From contig NIVC01000168.1 of assembly GCA_002269645.1 (NCBI GenBank), positions 723,297 through 787,296 on the forward strand: a stretch of 64,000 nt of DNA, in the 5' to 3' direction. The stretch comes from Macrostomum lignano. Its lineage: Eukaryota. The translations under genes and the position numbers were made by a program. Positions 12,001 through 22,443 of this stretch are shown here, in pieces (the first letter of the stretch is position 1; every line of letters starts with the position of its first letter). The notes under the pieces are model-generated. The model worked only from the letters and a program-made list of their open reading frames with translations. It was not told the DNA's origin and did not search any database.

Positions 12001-14360
12001 AGCACCAGCGAGCAGCAAGTCTGAAGCGATTTCAAAGTGGCCTTGAATGCTGGCCAAGATAAGCGGTGTTCCACCTCCCTTTCCGATCCAATTGACATCA
12101 GCTCCTGCATCAATCAGTAGAGAAACGATTTCTCTGTGGCCATTCTGAGCAGCGAGAAGTAACGGAGTTGCGAGTGTGCCATCGACATAGTCCGGATTTG
12201 CGTCAGCTTCCAATAATAGTTTGACCACAGCCAGGTGACCGGAGTAGGCAGAGTGGGTGAGGGCTGCTCTTCCCATGCAGTCGTATGCATTAACATTGAC
12301 GCCCTTCTTGATGAGCAGGTTCACAACCTCGTCCAAACCTTTGGCAGCTGCAATGATGATTGGTGTGGCGTCACCCTTGCCCACATGCTCGGTGTCTGCT
12401 CCAGCCTCAATCAACTGCTCGGCAATACTCAAATAACCATTCTGAGCAGCGCAAGACAACGCTGAGCCTCCTTCGTTATCCGATGGGCTCACCAACGCCT
12501 GAGCTTTCAGTAGTGCGACCACTATTTTCTCAAAGCCTAAGAAAGAAGCAATAATTAGTGGTGTATTTCCTCCGTCATCTCTTGTCTCAACATCGGCTTG
12601 CGACTTGAGCAGCAACTCAACAACATCCGAATGACCATTCTGGACAGCGAGTCGCAACGGAGTTCCTCCTCTCTTGCCCCTCCAGTCGACATCGGCTCCA
12701 GCATGCAGCAGGTCTCTGCAGAGCTTGACGTGTCCGATTTGAGCAGCCATTATGAGAGGCGTTGCGTTCTGATAGTCCGGCATATCGACATTGGCTCCGG
12801 CTTTGATCAGCACTGCTGCGGTGTCTCTGTATCCGCTCTGAGCTGCGAGTCGCAACGGAGTTCCATCGTTTCTGCCCTTCCAGTCCACTTCCGCACCTGC
12901 AGATAGCAGAGCATCACAAATCTGCGAGTAGCCGCTCTGAGCTGCGAAAATCAGCGGCGTCGCTCTTTGAAAGTCGGCTGCGTCCACCTCGGCTCCAGAG
13001 TGCAAGAGCAGCCGTGTGACCTCCAAGTGACCCTCAGCTGCTGCGAAATGAAGAGCCGTCTTTCCCTCGATATTCGTTTTGTTGATCTCTTCCGGCTCGC
13101 TGCTCACGATAAATTCCACATCTTGCAAGTTTCCACTCCATGCAGCCTCCATCAGCTGAGTTCTCTGCATTCCTGAGAACAAGTTACTGAGCTGGGTTTG
13201 AAGCTCAGAAACCTTCTGCTTTGGCTCTTCAGCCTGAGGTCCGTACGGCCTGGCCTTGAACTTTGGAGCCCTCAGATTGGCGTAAGTCTGCAGACTGACC
13301 AGAATCGCGCTGCTTCTGGTCTCAGCCGCCACATCGAAAATCGAGTTTCCGCTGCTGTCAAAGACGTCGGCTTCTGCCCCGGCCTCGAGCAGCTGCTTCA
13401 CCACGGCCTCTCGACCTGCTTGCACAGCGAGCCATAGCGCTGTTCTCCCGAAGCTGTCCCGGTCTTCCAGCAGCTCCTTGGTATGCGCCAACTGGCTGAC
13501 GATCTCCTCGTGTCCGAGCTGCGCGGCCATCATCAGCGGTGAGCAGCCGCCTTCGTTGGCGATCCTCGGGTCGGCACCGGCCCGCAGCAGCTGAGCGGCG
13601 ATCTCGCGGTGTCCCTCTTGACAGGCGAGCAGCAGCGGGCTTGTTGAGTCGTTCTGCAGCAGATTCACGTCTGCACTGGCTTCAATCAGGTGAGCAACAA
13701 CATTTCCGTGCCCGTTCTGAGCGGCTGCACTCAGAGGCGACGTCCCAAACTCGTCCTGGACGTTGATGCGAGCACCTCGATCCACCAGTAACTTGACGAT
13801 TGCCTCGTGTCCATTTTGAGCAGCCATTATCAGCGGTGAAACAGGCTTTTCAGGAATATCAAGATTTGATCGTTTGCTCATCATCAGAATGAGCAGTTCC
13901 TCTCGGCCGAGCTCGCATGCTGTGATGACCTGCCAGGTCAGGTCTGCATTGCTTGGTGCGCACTGCAGCACCATCTGCATCAGCTCAGGCTCATCGTCTC
14001 TCAAAAAATTCTCCATCAGCTCGTCGAAGGTTTGTAAATCCAAGAAAGGCGAATCTGTCTTTTGAAGAATCAACCGCGCGACATTCACGTGACCTCCTCG
14101 GAGAGCCGCTAGTAAAGCCGTCTCTCCCTGATCGTTCCTAACGTCCAGTCGAGCTGAGAAGTCAAGGAGAGTGTGCACAATGTTCACGTGATCGGCTCTC
14201 GCAGCGATCAGTAGTGGCGTGTCTCCCGCTGCGTCGGTATCGTCCGGAGCGAAGCCAGCCTGAAGCAGCTCCAAAACTCTCTCGGACTGTCCGACGCTGC
14301 TCGCGACGTGCAGCTCTGTTCGACCTTGGCTGTTGCGACGATTTGGCGTTTTCTTTACCT
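4044..14360 (-). CDS. Giant ankyrin-repeat / cGAS-like receptor (Mab-21 nucleotidyltransferase) fusion; exons 14360-6092, 6010-5652, 5518-4044; start codon in an unlocated upstream exon
   Basis: Donor AG|GTGAGT at 6091 joins acceptor ttttag| at 6011 in phase 2 (AGT then TTG). Donor G|GTGAGT at 5651 joins acceptor gcttttag| at 5519 in phase 1 (GAA). Both joins keep frame. The frame is open upstream of 14274 to acceptor tttcag| at 14361 and adds one more ANK repeat (GRTELHVASSVG). NTase motifs are GSYGDG, SDID and TDEVMAFRC. Mab-21 motifs are EMRVSTSFVEKEI, LFILVKYL, LKSYHAKTVLFF and CMSHFFLKDAELY. Confidence 0.88.
6092..14360 (-). CDS. Ankyrin array exon (8,269 nt; roughly 75-80 ANK repeats)
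   Basis: Recurrent 33-aa G-x-TPL/TAL-x-x-A-x-x-x-G-H-x-x-x-V-x-x-LL-x-x-GA pattern throughout ORF 6088..14274. The repeat count is estimated from length. Confidence 0.97.
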
Positions 14361-14907
14361 CTGAAATTTAGTTTTGGGCTGATAGAAATTGGCTGGCAAT
14401 AATGACACTTGACAGAAATATCGATAAATAACAAATTACTATAACAGTTGTATGCAATTTAGTACGAATAAAATCAGGGCTCCAGTGCCAGGCGTGTTAA
14501 CTGTTGATCTACATGCATTCCGCCGCCTTAGATAGACTAAAATATCTTAAAATTCTTTCCTAACAGCATATCTTGCTTATTTGAATTTGCGAAAATACAT
14601 CATTACTAGGCACAGCTTTTTTACTCGTGACAGATAAAAATAGTTCTACACTCATAAGAAAAACTTTTTGTATTGATCAGGTAAGAAAAATAACAAAAAC
14701 AATTGCAGACTGCCCAGTCTGATGAGAGATCGAAAGTGCATTCAACACACAGAATGCCTTTGTACTTGTGCTCGAGTGCGTCTGAGCGCATGCTTATAAA
14801 TGCATTTTTTTACTAAATTGTTAGTAGAAAGAAATTTGGGAATTGGGGGCTCTCGATTCAAAATGACTAAATTCTTACATTATTTTGGGAATCGCTATTG
14901 TTAGCAC

Positions 14908-15043
14908 TCATTTTGGCTCCACATGCTTTCATTTTGGCTCCACATACACTCATTTTGGCTTCACATGCACTAATTTTGGCTCCACATGCACTCATTTTGG
15001 CTCCACATGCACTCATTTTGGCTTCACATGCACTCATTTTGGC
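14908..15043. repeat. 21-bp minisatellite (cattttggctccacatgcact), about 6-7 copies
   Basis: Direct tandem repeats. Confidence 0.9.
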
Positions 15044-15249
15044 ACCGCAGCCCGGCACTTACTTTTTAGCGCCACAGGTGGGCAATCATTTTGGCGCTAT
15101 ATTTTGACTCCCTGAAGCACAATTATTGATTTCTATAATGAGTCACATGATGGAGCGTGGGGGGACAAAGCATTGGCATGCCCCCCATAGCTTTTACTGG
15201 GGGAACACGTCCCCCCAGTCTTCCCGGTGGCGACGCTTCTGCTTAATGG

Positions 15250-15380
15250 CACGCACCCTAAACGACACGCACCCTAAACGACACGCACCCTTAACGACAC
15301 GCACCCTTAACGAAACGCACCCTTAACGACACGCACCCCTAACGACACGCACCCTTAACGACACGCACCCTTAACGACAA
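15250..15380. repeat. 16-bp tandem repeat (ttaacgacacgcaccc), about 8 copies
   Basis: Direct tandem repeats. Confidence 0.9.
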
Positions 15381-15615
15381 CACCTAATATTTCTTCATGC
15401 AAGCAAAATTAAAATTACCTAAGTTAACTACTTTCAGTAGAAACAGTAGCATTTTAATTCTAAAAATAAATAGCCACGATAATGCTTTTTTTAGTAGCTG
15501 GCACATGATGAAGTGCACCAATATTATTCAATGTACATAAAATCGCTTAAGACAGAAGGAAAGGTCTTATGAAGCTCTTTAGAACAGCTGCACTGCTCCT
15601 GAGCTCAGGCAAAAT

Positions 15616-15803
15616 GGGACGCTTTCATAAGACCTAAACTTCATCATATTGTCTAAAATTCACAACGTCTAAAACTGAATGTGAAAGTGTGCAGAGATTT
15701 TAGACGCAGTGAAATTCAAAATTTCATTAGGCATAAAATTTAGGCGATGTGAAGTCATGTGCTTCAAAGGCGTTGTGAAATTTAGGTCTTTATGAAGCGC
15801 CCC
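15616..15803. mobile_element. MITE-like element with terminal inverted repeats
   Basis: gggacgctttcataagacctaaa is inverted relative to tttaggtctttatgaagcgccc. No clear TSD. Confidence 0.55.
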
Positions 15804-16519
15804 AGCAAAGTTTATCTCATTCCCTGGACAATAAACCGTCTATCTATACGGTCGTACAGCTGTTGAACGCAAACAATTGGCAAACTAAACTTGATCGTCT
15901 CATACTCATTGTGATTGTGTATGGCCACTTTTCTCTCCGAAACGCCCAGACTGTGGTTGAATTAGTAAACACCTGTCTGTTATTTTCGGACTGTTTATGT
16001 CAGTAGAAAAAGTTAAATAATAGCAATAATAAACTTTAGTTGCACTCATTTCTCAGTGCGTGCGTACGGCCTTAGATAACAATTAGCGGCCTCTTCGTCT
16101 CTTTATAATCATCTCACATTCGAGCTTCGTAAAAACTGTCTGGCTGCTTCTGCGAGTCTGGCAGTCCAAGCCTCGAGCAGTAGCTACCGGCTAACTGTAC
16201 ATTAAAGCCGCAAAGTTCCACATTTATAATTACAATATGCGGCACATTGGCACTGTTTACTGCTGTGTAATGTTTAGGAACAAAAAATTAATGCATTTTT
16301 CTGGTTTGGAAATTATTGGCAGTCGTTTCTGCAGCCCTGAACTGCCGCAATGTTTGACCAGTGCCATCGCAGCTTATAGTTCAGCACAATGACCTTCATT
16401 TTTACCTTCTTCATTAAATTTATGTGATGGTAGTAGAGCACAATCGAAACAAAAAAATTGAAAAGGAAATTATTGTTGCTGAAAACATCAGCGCCCCGGT
16501 AATTGAAACTATGAGGACT

Positions 16520-17470
16520 CAAATACCTCCAGATCCTCCATTGGATTGCAGCTTTGCTCCCAGATCCTCCATTGGATTGCAGCTATGCTCACAGATCCTC
16601 CATTGGATTGCAGCTATGCTCCCAGATCCTCCATTGGATTGCAGCTTTGCTCCCAGATCCTCCATTGGATTGCAGCTATGCTCCCAGATCCTCCATTGGA
16701 TTGCAGCTTTGCTCCCAGATCCTCCATTGGATTGCAGCTTTGCTCCCAGATCCTACATTGGATTACAGCTATGCTCACAGATCCTACAGTGGATTACAGC
16801 TATGCTTCCAGATTTTATAGTGGATTGCAGCTATGCTCACAGATCCTACATTGGATTACAGCTATGCTCACAGATTTTGCTTTGGATTACAGCTTTTCTC
16901 ACAGATCCTACAGTGGATTACAGCTATGCTCACAGATCCTACAGTGGATTACAGCTTTTCTCACAGATCATACAGTGGATTACAGCTTTTCTCACAGATC
17001 CTACAGTGGATTACAGCTATGCTCACAGATCCTACAGTGGATTACAGCTTTTCTCACAGATCATACAGTGGATTACAGCTTTTCTCACAGATCCTACAGT
17101 GGATTACAGCTTTTCTCACAGATCATACAGTGGATTACAGCTTTTCTCACAGATCCTACAGTGGATTACAGCTTTTCTCACAGATCATACAGTGGATTAC
17201 AGCTATGCTCACAGATCCTACAGTGGATTACAGCTTTTCTCACAGATCATACAGTGGATTACAGCTTTTCTCACAGATCCTACAGTGGATTACAGCTTTT
17301 CTCACAGATCATACAGTGGATTACAGCTATGCTCACAGATCCTACAGTGGATTACAGCTTTTCTCACAGATCCTACAGTGGATTACAGCTTTTCTCACAG
17401 ATCCTACAGTGGATTACAGTTATCCCTTCTATATACTACAGTGGATTGTAGCTATGCTCCTAGAACTTAC
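16520..17470. repeat. 31-bp minisatellite (cagatcctccattggattgcagctatgctcc drifting to cagatcctacagtggattacagcttttctca), about 30 copies
   Basis: Tandem units; the translations repeat every 31 aa (3 x 31 nt). Confidence 0.95.
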
Positions 17471-18164
17471 ATTGGACTGCATTTCATCTCCAATTCAATT
17501 CATATTCCATATTGCATAGCCTTAAAACCAGCTGGAAATCAAACTCGCTGGGCACGAGAACTCACCAGACTCTTCAGCTCCGTCATCATCGACCCCAGCC
17601 TCCATGATGCTCAGGACGCAGAGCCTCAAAGGAACTGCGAGAAAAGATGGATATTTATGAATTTAAACATTTCCCGATTGGCTTCAGTGAGCATAAATCA
17701 TTGGATTAACAAACCTTTCCTTTCTTGAAAGTTTCCTGGAAAATCTTGAAATCAATGCTTTTAGAGACTGGTTTTTCTAGCCAGAAATTCTTTTTGCCAG
17801 GAAAATAAATGGTACCTTGTAGTCATTAATGACTGCAGTAATGCTTCTATGCATATACACGTACAAGCGTTTCCCCAAACTAGGTACTAACATTCCAGCG
17901 TACCCCTCTGTACGTTCATTGAATTAATGCACATTATGAATTCAGTGTACATTGCAGTTTGTTATTTTGCAGTCTGAAACTAAGTGAAAATGGTTAGAAA
18001 AAGCCTATTTATGTACATGTATGTCATGCATAGGATTAACGAAGCAAGGCAGTATTTTGATTCACAAAAGTTAAAGAGCAGGTGGACTCTATATGAGTAC
18101 CTGTACTCAAAGTATGTCAGGTCTGCACTATTTAGTGTGTCAGTTCTGTACTGTTTCGTGTGTC

Positions 18165-19545
18165 AGGTTAGACTGTATCAGGTCAGACTGTGTCAGGTCA
18201 GGCTGTGTCAGGTCAGGCTGTGTCAGGTCAGGCTGTGTCAGATCAGGCTGTGTCAGGTCAGGCTATGTCAGGTCAGGCTGTGTGAGGTCAGGCTGTGTGA
18301 GGTCAGGCTGTGTGAGGTCAGGCTGTGACAGGTCAGGCTGTGTCGGGTCAGGCTGTGTCAGGTCAGGCTATGTCAGGTCAGGCTGTGTCAGGTCAGACTG
18401 TGTCAGGTCAGGCTGTGTCAGGTCAGGCTGTGTCAGGTCAGGCTGTGTCAGGTCAGGCTGTGTCAGGTCAGGCTATGTCAGGTCAGGCTGTGTGAGGTCA
18501 GGCTGTGTGAGGTCAGGCTGTGTGAGGTCAGGCTGTGACAGGTCAGGCTGTGTCGGGTCAGGCTGTGTCAGGTCAGGCTATGTCAGGTCAGGCTGTGTCA
18601 GGTCAGGCTGTGTCAGGTCAGGCTGTGTCAGGTCAGGCTGTGTCAGGTCAGGCTGTGTCAGGTCAGGCTGTGTCAGGTCAGGCTGTGTCAGGTCAGGCTG
18701 TGTCAGGTCAGGCTATGTCAGGTCAGGCTGTGTGAGGTCAGGCTGTGTGAGGTCAGGCTGTGTGAGGTCAGGCTGTGACAGGTCAGGCTGTGTCGGGTCA
18801 GGCTGTGTCAGGTCAGGCTATGTCAGGTCAGGCTGTGTCAGGTCAGGCTGTGTCAGGTCAGGCTGTGTCAGGTCAGGCTGTGTCAGGTCAGGCTGTGTCA
18901 GGTCAGGCTGTGTCAGGTCAGGCTGTGTCAGGTCAGGCTGTGTCAGGTCAGGCTATGTCAGGTCAGGCTGTGTGAGGTCAGGCTGTGTGAGGTCAGGCTG
19001 TGTGAGGTCAGGCTGTGACAGGTCAGGCTGTGTCGGGTCAGGCTGTGTCAGGTCAGGCTATGTCAGGTCAGGCTGTGTCAGGTCAGGCTGTGTCAGGTCA
19101 GGCTGTGTCAGGTCAGGCTGTGTCAGGTCAGGCTGTGTCAGGTCAGGCTGTGTCAGGTCAGGCTGTGTCAGGTCAGGCTGTGTCAGGTCAGGCTGTGTCA
19201 GGTCAGGCTGTGTCAGGTCAGGCTGTGTCAGGTCAGGCTGTGTCAGGTCAGGCTGTGTCAGGTCAGGCTGTGTCAGGTCAGGCTGTGTCAGGTCAGGCTG
19301 TGTCAGGTCAGGCTGTGTCAGGTCAGGCTGTGTCAGGTCAGGCTGTGTCAGGTCAGGCTGTGTCAGGTCAGGCTGTGTCAGGTCAGGCTGTGTCAGGTCA
19401 GGCTGTGTCAGGTCAGGCTATGTCAGGTCAGGCTGTGTCAGGTCAGATTGTGTCAGGTCAGGCTGTGTCAGGTCAGGCTGTGTCAGGTCAGGCTGTGTCA
19501 AGTCAGGCTGTGTCAGATCAGGCTGTGTCAGTTCAGGCTAATCAG
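18165..19545. repeat. 15-bp satellite (tcaggtcaggctgtg) with 210/240-bp higher-order repeat
   Basis: The variant block gtgag x3, gtgaca, gtcgg, ctatg recurs at about 18271, 18481, 18721 and 18961. Confidence 0.97.
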
Positions 19546-19559
19546 GTCTGAAATTGAAG

Positions 19560-19990
19560 AGTTTAAGAGTGGTGATCAGTCACTCAAAAACTCCCACTTC
19601 TAGACACTGGGGAACAAGTGCCTAGGTATTTACCAGTTCAAATAACTTACTGCGGCGGATCCTCTTGTGGTTGGTAGACTTCTGGTTCTTGCGGTGTGTG
19701 TGACTCTGTCTAACTTGGCTGAGCAGTAGTGACGGCCGATTTGGAGTATTCTTGAGTCCTTGACTTTTATCTGTGAATCGACCAAAACGAGAGCGAATCA
19801 GAATTCTTGTGACGGTCCTCGAGCTCGGAATTAACAATCGAACGTGCGCCCTAATGAACAATTGAATTCTCTAATTTTCTGTGATAGGTCCTCCTGAAGG
19901 GCGGCTTCTTCGTTACGTCCGAAACGTAACGGATAACTCAACTAAATCAATAAATCCTCTAGGAATATATCCTAGGAAACAAGGAGGCCT
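19560..19990 (+). mobile_element. Probable degraded Penelope-like element 3' fragment (GIY-YIG remnant followed by a hammerhead-like motif)
   Basis: Frameshifted IYQFK...CGGS.CG..TS and RPNEQLNSLIF resemble a PLE endonuclease C-terminus. These are followed by cctgaagggcg...cgtccgaaacgt. Confidence 0.45.
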
Positions 19991-20678
19991 TTCTCAACTG
20001 TGTCGACAATAAACAGCTCTCGTAAACTGAATGAATCAACTTATTAACGCTAACAATAAAAGAACTGAAACCGGTAAACGCTTACCAATTGGACAGGTGT
20101 GGTCCCTCAAAGATTGGTCTTCTTGTTTCTTCGGAGTCTTCTTAGAGACCGCTCTGAGTCTGAATTTTTTACTCGAATTTTCACTTATATTTATAGCAAA
20201 ATTTTGGAGAAAAATCGGTTTGGGATTGGGTATTTACTTAGGTAAAAAATGTTTGATTAAGCGGTCATGCATGTTTGAGCATCACCATTTAAGAAGTTAA
20301 ACAAATACAGCTGTTGAAATCCGGTTCCTTGATCAAACAATGTAGGGTTCTAAATCATTCTGTTTGCGCGTGATTCCTAAAATAGATATGACTCATTTTG
20401 AAAGAAATTGACTTTCTTAGAATATTACTTTAAGTAGAGCATTACGGTATGGTTTAATAACTCTCTACAAAATTTTAGAGTTCAGTAGAGTCACAACTTT
20501 GCATGGAAATGCATGGTTGATCGTCTAACATCCGTCGGGCACAGCATGATAACAGTGCTACCTGACACTTGCTGCTAGAAGTGAAAGCATAGTGCGTCTT
20601 TGAAGCGTATGTTTTCGGTAAATTAGGGATGGAACGACAGTCGACCCACAGCCAGTCAGTCAAGCATTCTGCTGAACC

Positions 20679-21123
20679 CTAAGCACACGGATAAGCACGC
20701 AGGGTGTACACCAGGCCAGAATTTTTCATAGTCATCTGCAGGTATAAATAGATAGTTTTGGAGGTAGTCACAACACGGCAGTCTGTACCACAAATGAGGA
20801 GTGCTGGGTATGCTTCCAGTCAGCATATCCGTGGTCATCAGTATCGTGGGTTGTGTAGAGGATCGGAGGTCTCTGTCTGGAAAAAATTAACGGCAAACGA
20901 TAACTGTCAGTAATAATCGTAATAATGAGCTGACACTGCCGCAGCCAAACAGGTGCCGCTTGATTGATGATTGGGAATAAAACAGCCTGTGCCCTGGCTG
21001 CCAGAGGTCTGCAATTCTGCCAGCACCCGATAGAGAAAAAGTTAGCAAACAATCCAGCTGCCCAGGCCAGCTAAAACTGGCTGACTGTGCGGCCTTCCAG
21101 ACGCCTGTCTCTGTGTCCTCTAC
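20679..21123 (-). CDS. Last three exons of a small unidentified gene (21123-20951, 20876-20789, 20735-20679)
   Basis: Canonical GT-AG introns of 74 and 53 nt with compatible phases give VEDTETGVWKAAQSASFSWPGQLDCLLTFSLSGAGRIADLWQPGHRLFYSQSSIKRHLQRPPILYTTHDTDDHGYADWKHTQHSSFVMTMKNSGLVYTLRAYPCA*. Upstream exons are unresolved. Confidence 0.4.
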
Positions 21124-21961
21124 CTAAGGGCATTTTAAACAGCAGCCCCTCTGCAATTGCTTCCACGCTATCCGAAATTATGCCATTATATAATTGATGC
21201 AATGCCGTGCGATGCAGTCTAAAAAAGGTAGCTCTTGACTGCAGAGAGGAGGTCGAGGTTGTTATAGCAATGGTTCCATGTCTGAAGCAACTGTATAAAC
21301 ACTCTAGGAAATCCGCTGAACATTTCTAATTTAAGTTGTTAGCCTGCGGAATCCAGCTACGCAAACAATGATCACTAGCTGCAAGCTGGCTGCTCAGGTA
21401 GTTGCATGCAACGGTGTACGAATTGTTATTTATATTGAGTGACCGTTTCTGTGCCTCTGAGGAGTTTCTGACAATGCAAGTCAGGAAATCCAAAATCAGT
21501 AAAAAAACAGATAACAGGAGTAAATCTATGAGGCTCGTATTTGTAGCGATCTGGTAGGGAGCAACTGCATGTTAATTCTTTAGATGCAGGGGCGGTCACA
21601 GAATTTTATCGTTTCATCAGTGTAAGAACTCTGACAAGCCGTGAGTTTGTTCGGATCGATACCGATAGCAAAGTCCTAATTACGAGTCAATGCCGATGCG
21701 TGTATTTAAATATTAGTTAATGGGGGGGTTGGCGCGTGCATGGCTAGAGGGTTGAATGTACGCCGATATAGAATGACAGAGAAATAGAAAGAGGCCAACC
21801 CGCAATGCACACAAATACTCAATAGCTAGTAAATACAGCACTGAGAGCTGCTACAGCGCAAGCCTACATGTTCCACCTTGTAGTCAGCGAGTTTTTCTGT
21901 GGTAAAAACCTATTCAATTAGTAAGCCTCCAAGTTCTGTCGTTTCCCGCCTCGAGTATTGA

Positions 21962-22163
21962 GTAGTCCAAGGAGTTCTACTATTAGCAATCTGGAGTGGA
22001 AACGAGTTTTACCTCATGAGGCCACGCAAATTGTTAAGATAAGGAGCCAGCACTGAATGTCTATGGCTCTGTCTGACTCTGTCTATGCTAATCTGGCCTC
22101 ATGAGGTAAAACTGAAAAACTCGTTTCCACTCCAGGTTGCTAACTATAGAACTCCTTGACTAG
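21962..22163. mobile_element. MITE with about 65-bp terminal inverted repeats
   Basis: agtccaaggagttctactattagcaatctggagtggaaacgagttttacctcatgaggcca is mirrored by tggcctcatgaggtaaaa...aaactcgtttccactccaggttgctaactatagaactccttgact. Confidence 0.75.
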
Positions 22164-22331
22164 TCCCTGCCTCGACATGTAAAAAAATTGACATGCAACT
22201 GCTGACTACTGGATCGCTGCAAATGAGAAGCCGCGCCCGATTGGCTGACCAGCAGAATCAGTAGCTTTCTGACCAGCAACACTTGCTGAGTACGGGGCTG
22301 ATATGGGTGTTTATGAAAATCTATCTATCGG

Positions 22332-22338
22332 TATAAAA
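22332..22338 (+). promoter_or_regulatory. Candidate TATA box of the mosaic lectin gene
   Basis: TATAAAA lies about 110 nt upstream of the signal-peptide ATG at 22444, with an inverted CCAAT (gattgg) near 22220. Confidence 0.4.
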
Positions 22339-22443
22339 AGGTTTACGCCAAACTCTGTAAAGAAAAAAACTGGATTGAACTGGATAGCGTAGCATCCGCA
22401 TATTTTGAATACAATCAAACCGATTGCGAGAAAAAAGCAGGCA

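Noticed and set aside
14710-14770. Hammerhead-like CTGATGAG-AGAT-C-GAAA
   Set aside because: Stem I cannot form after the putative cleavage site, and the CUG is sequestered in a competing hairpin (cagact/agtctg).
16424-19551. Long ORFs of 178-482 aa (e.g. 16424..17728, 18093..19541)
   Set aside because: These are translations of stop-free tandem repeats open in several frames at once.
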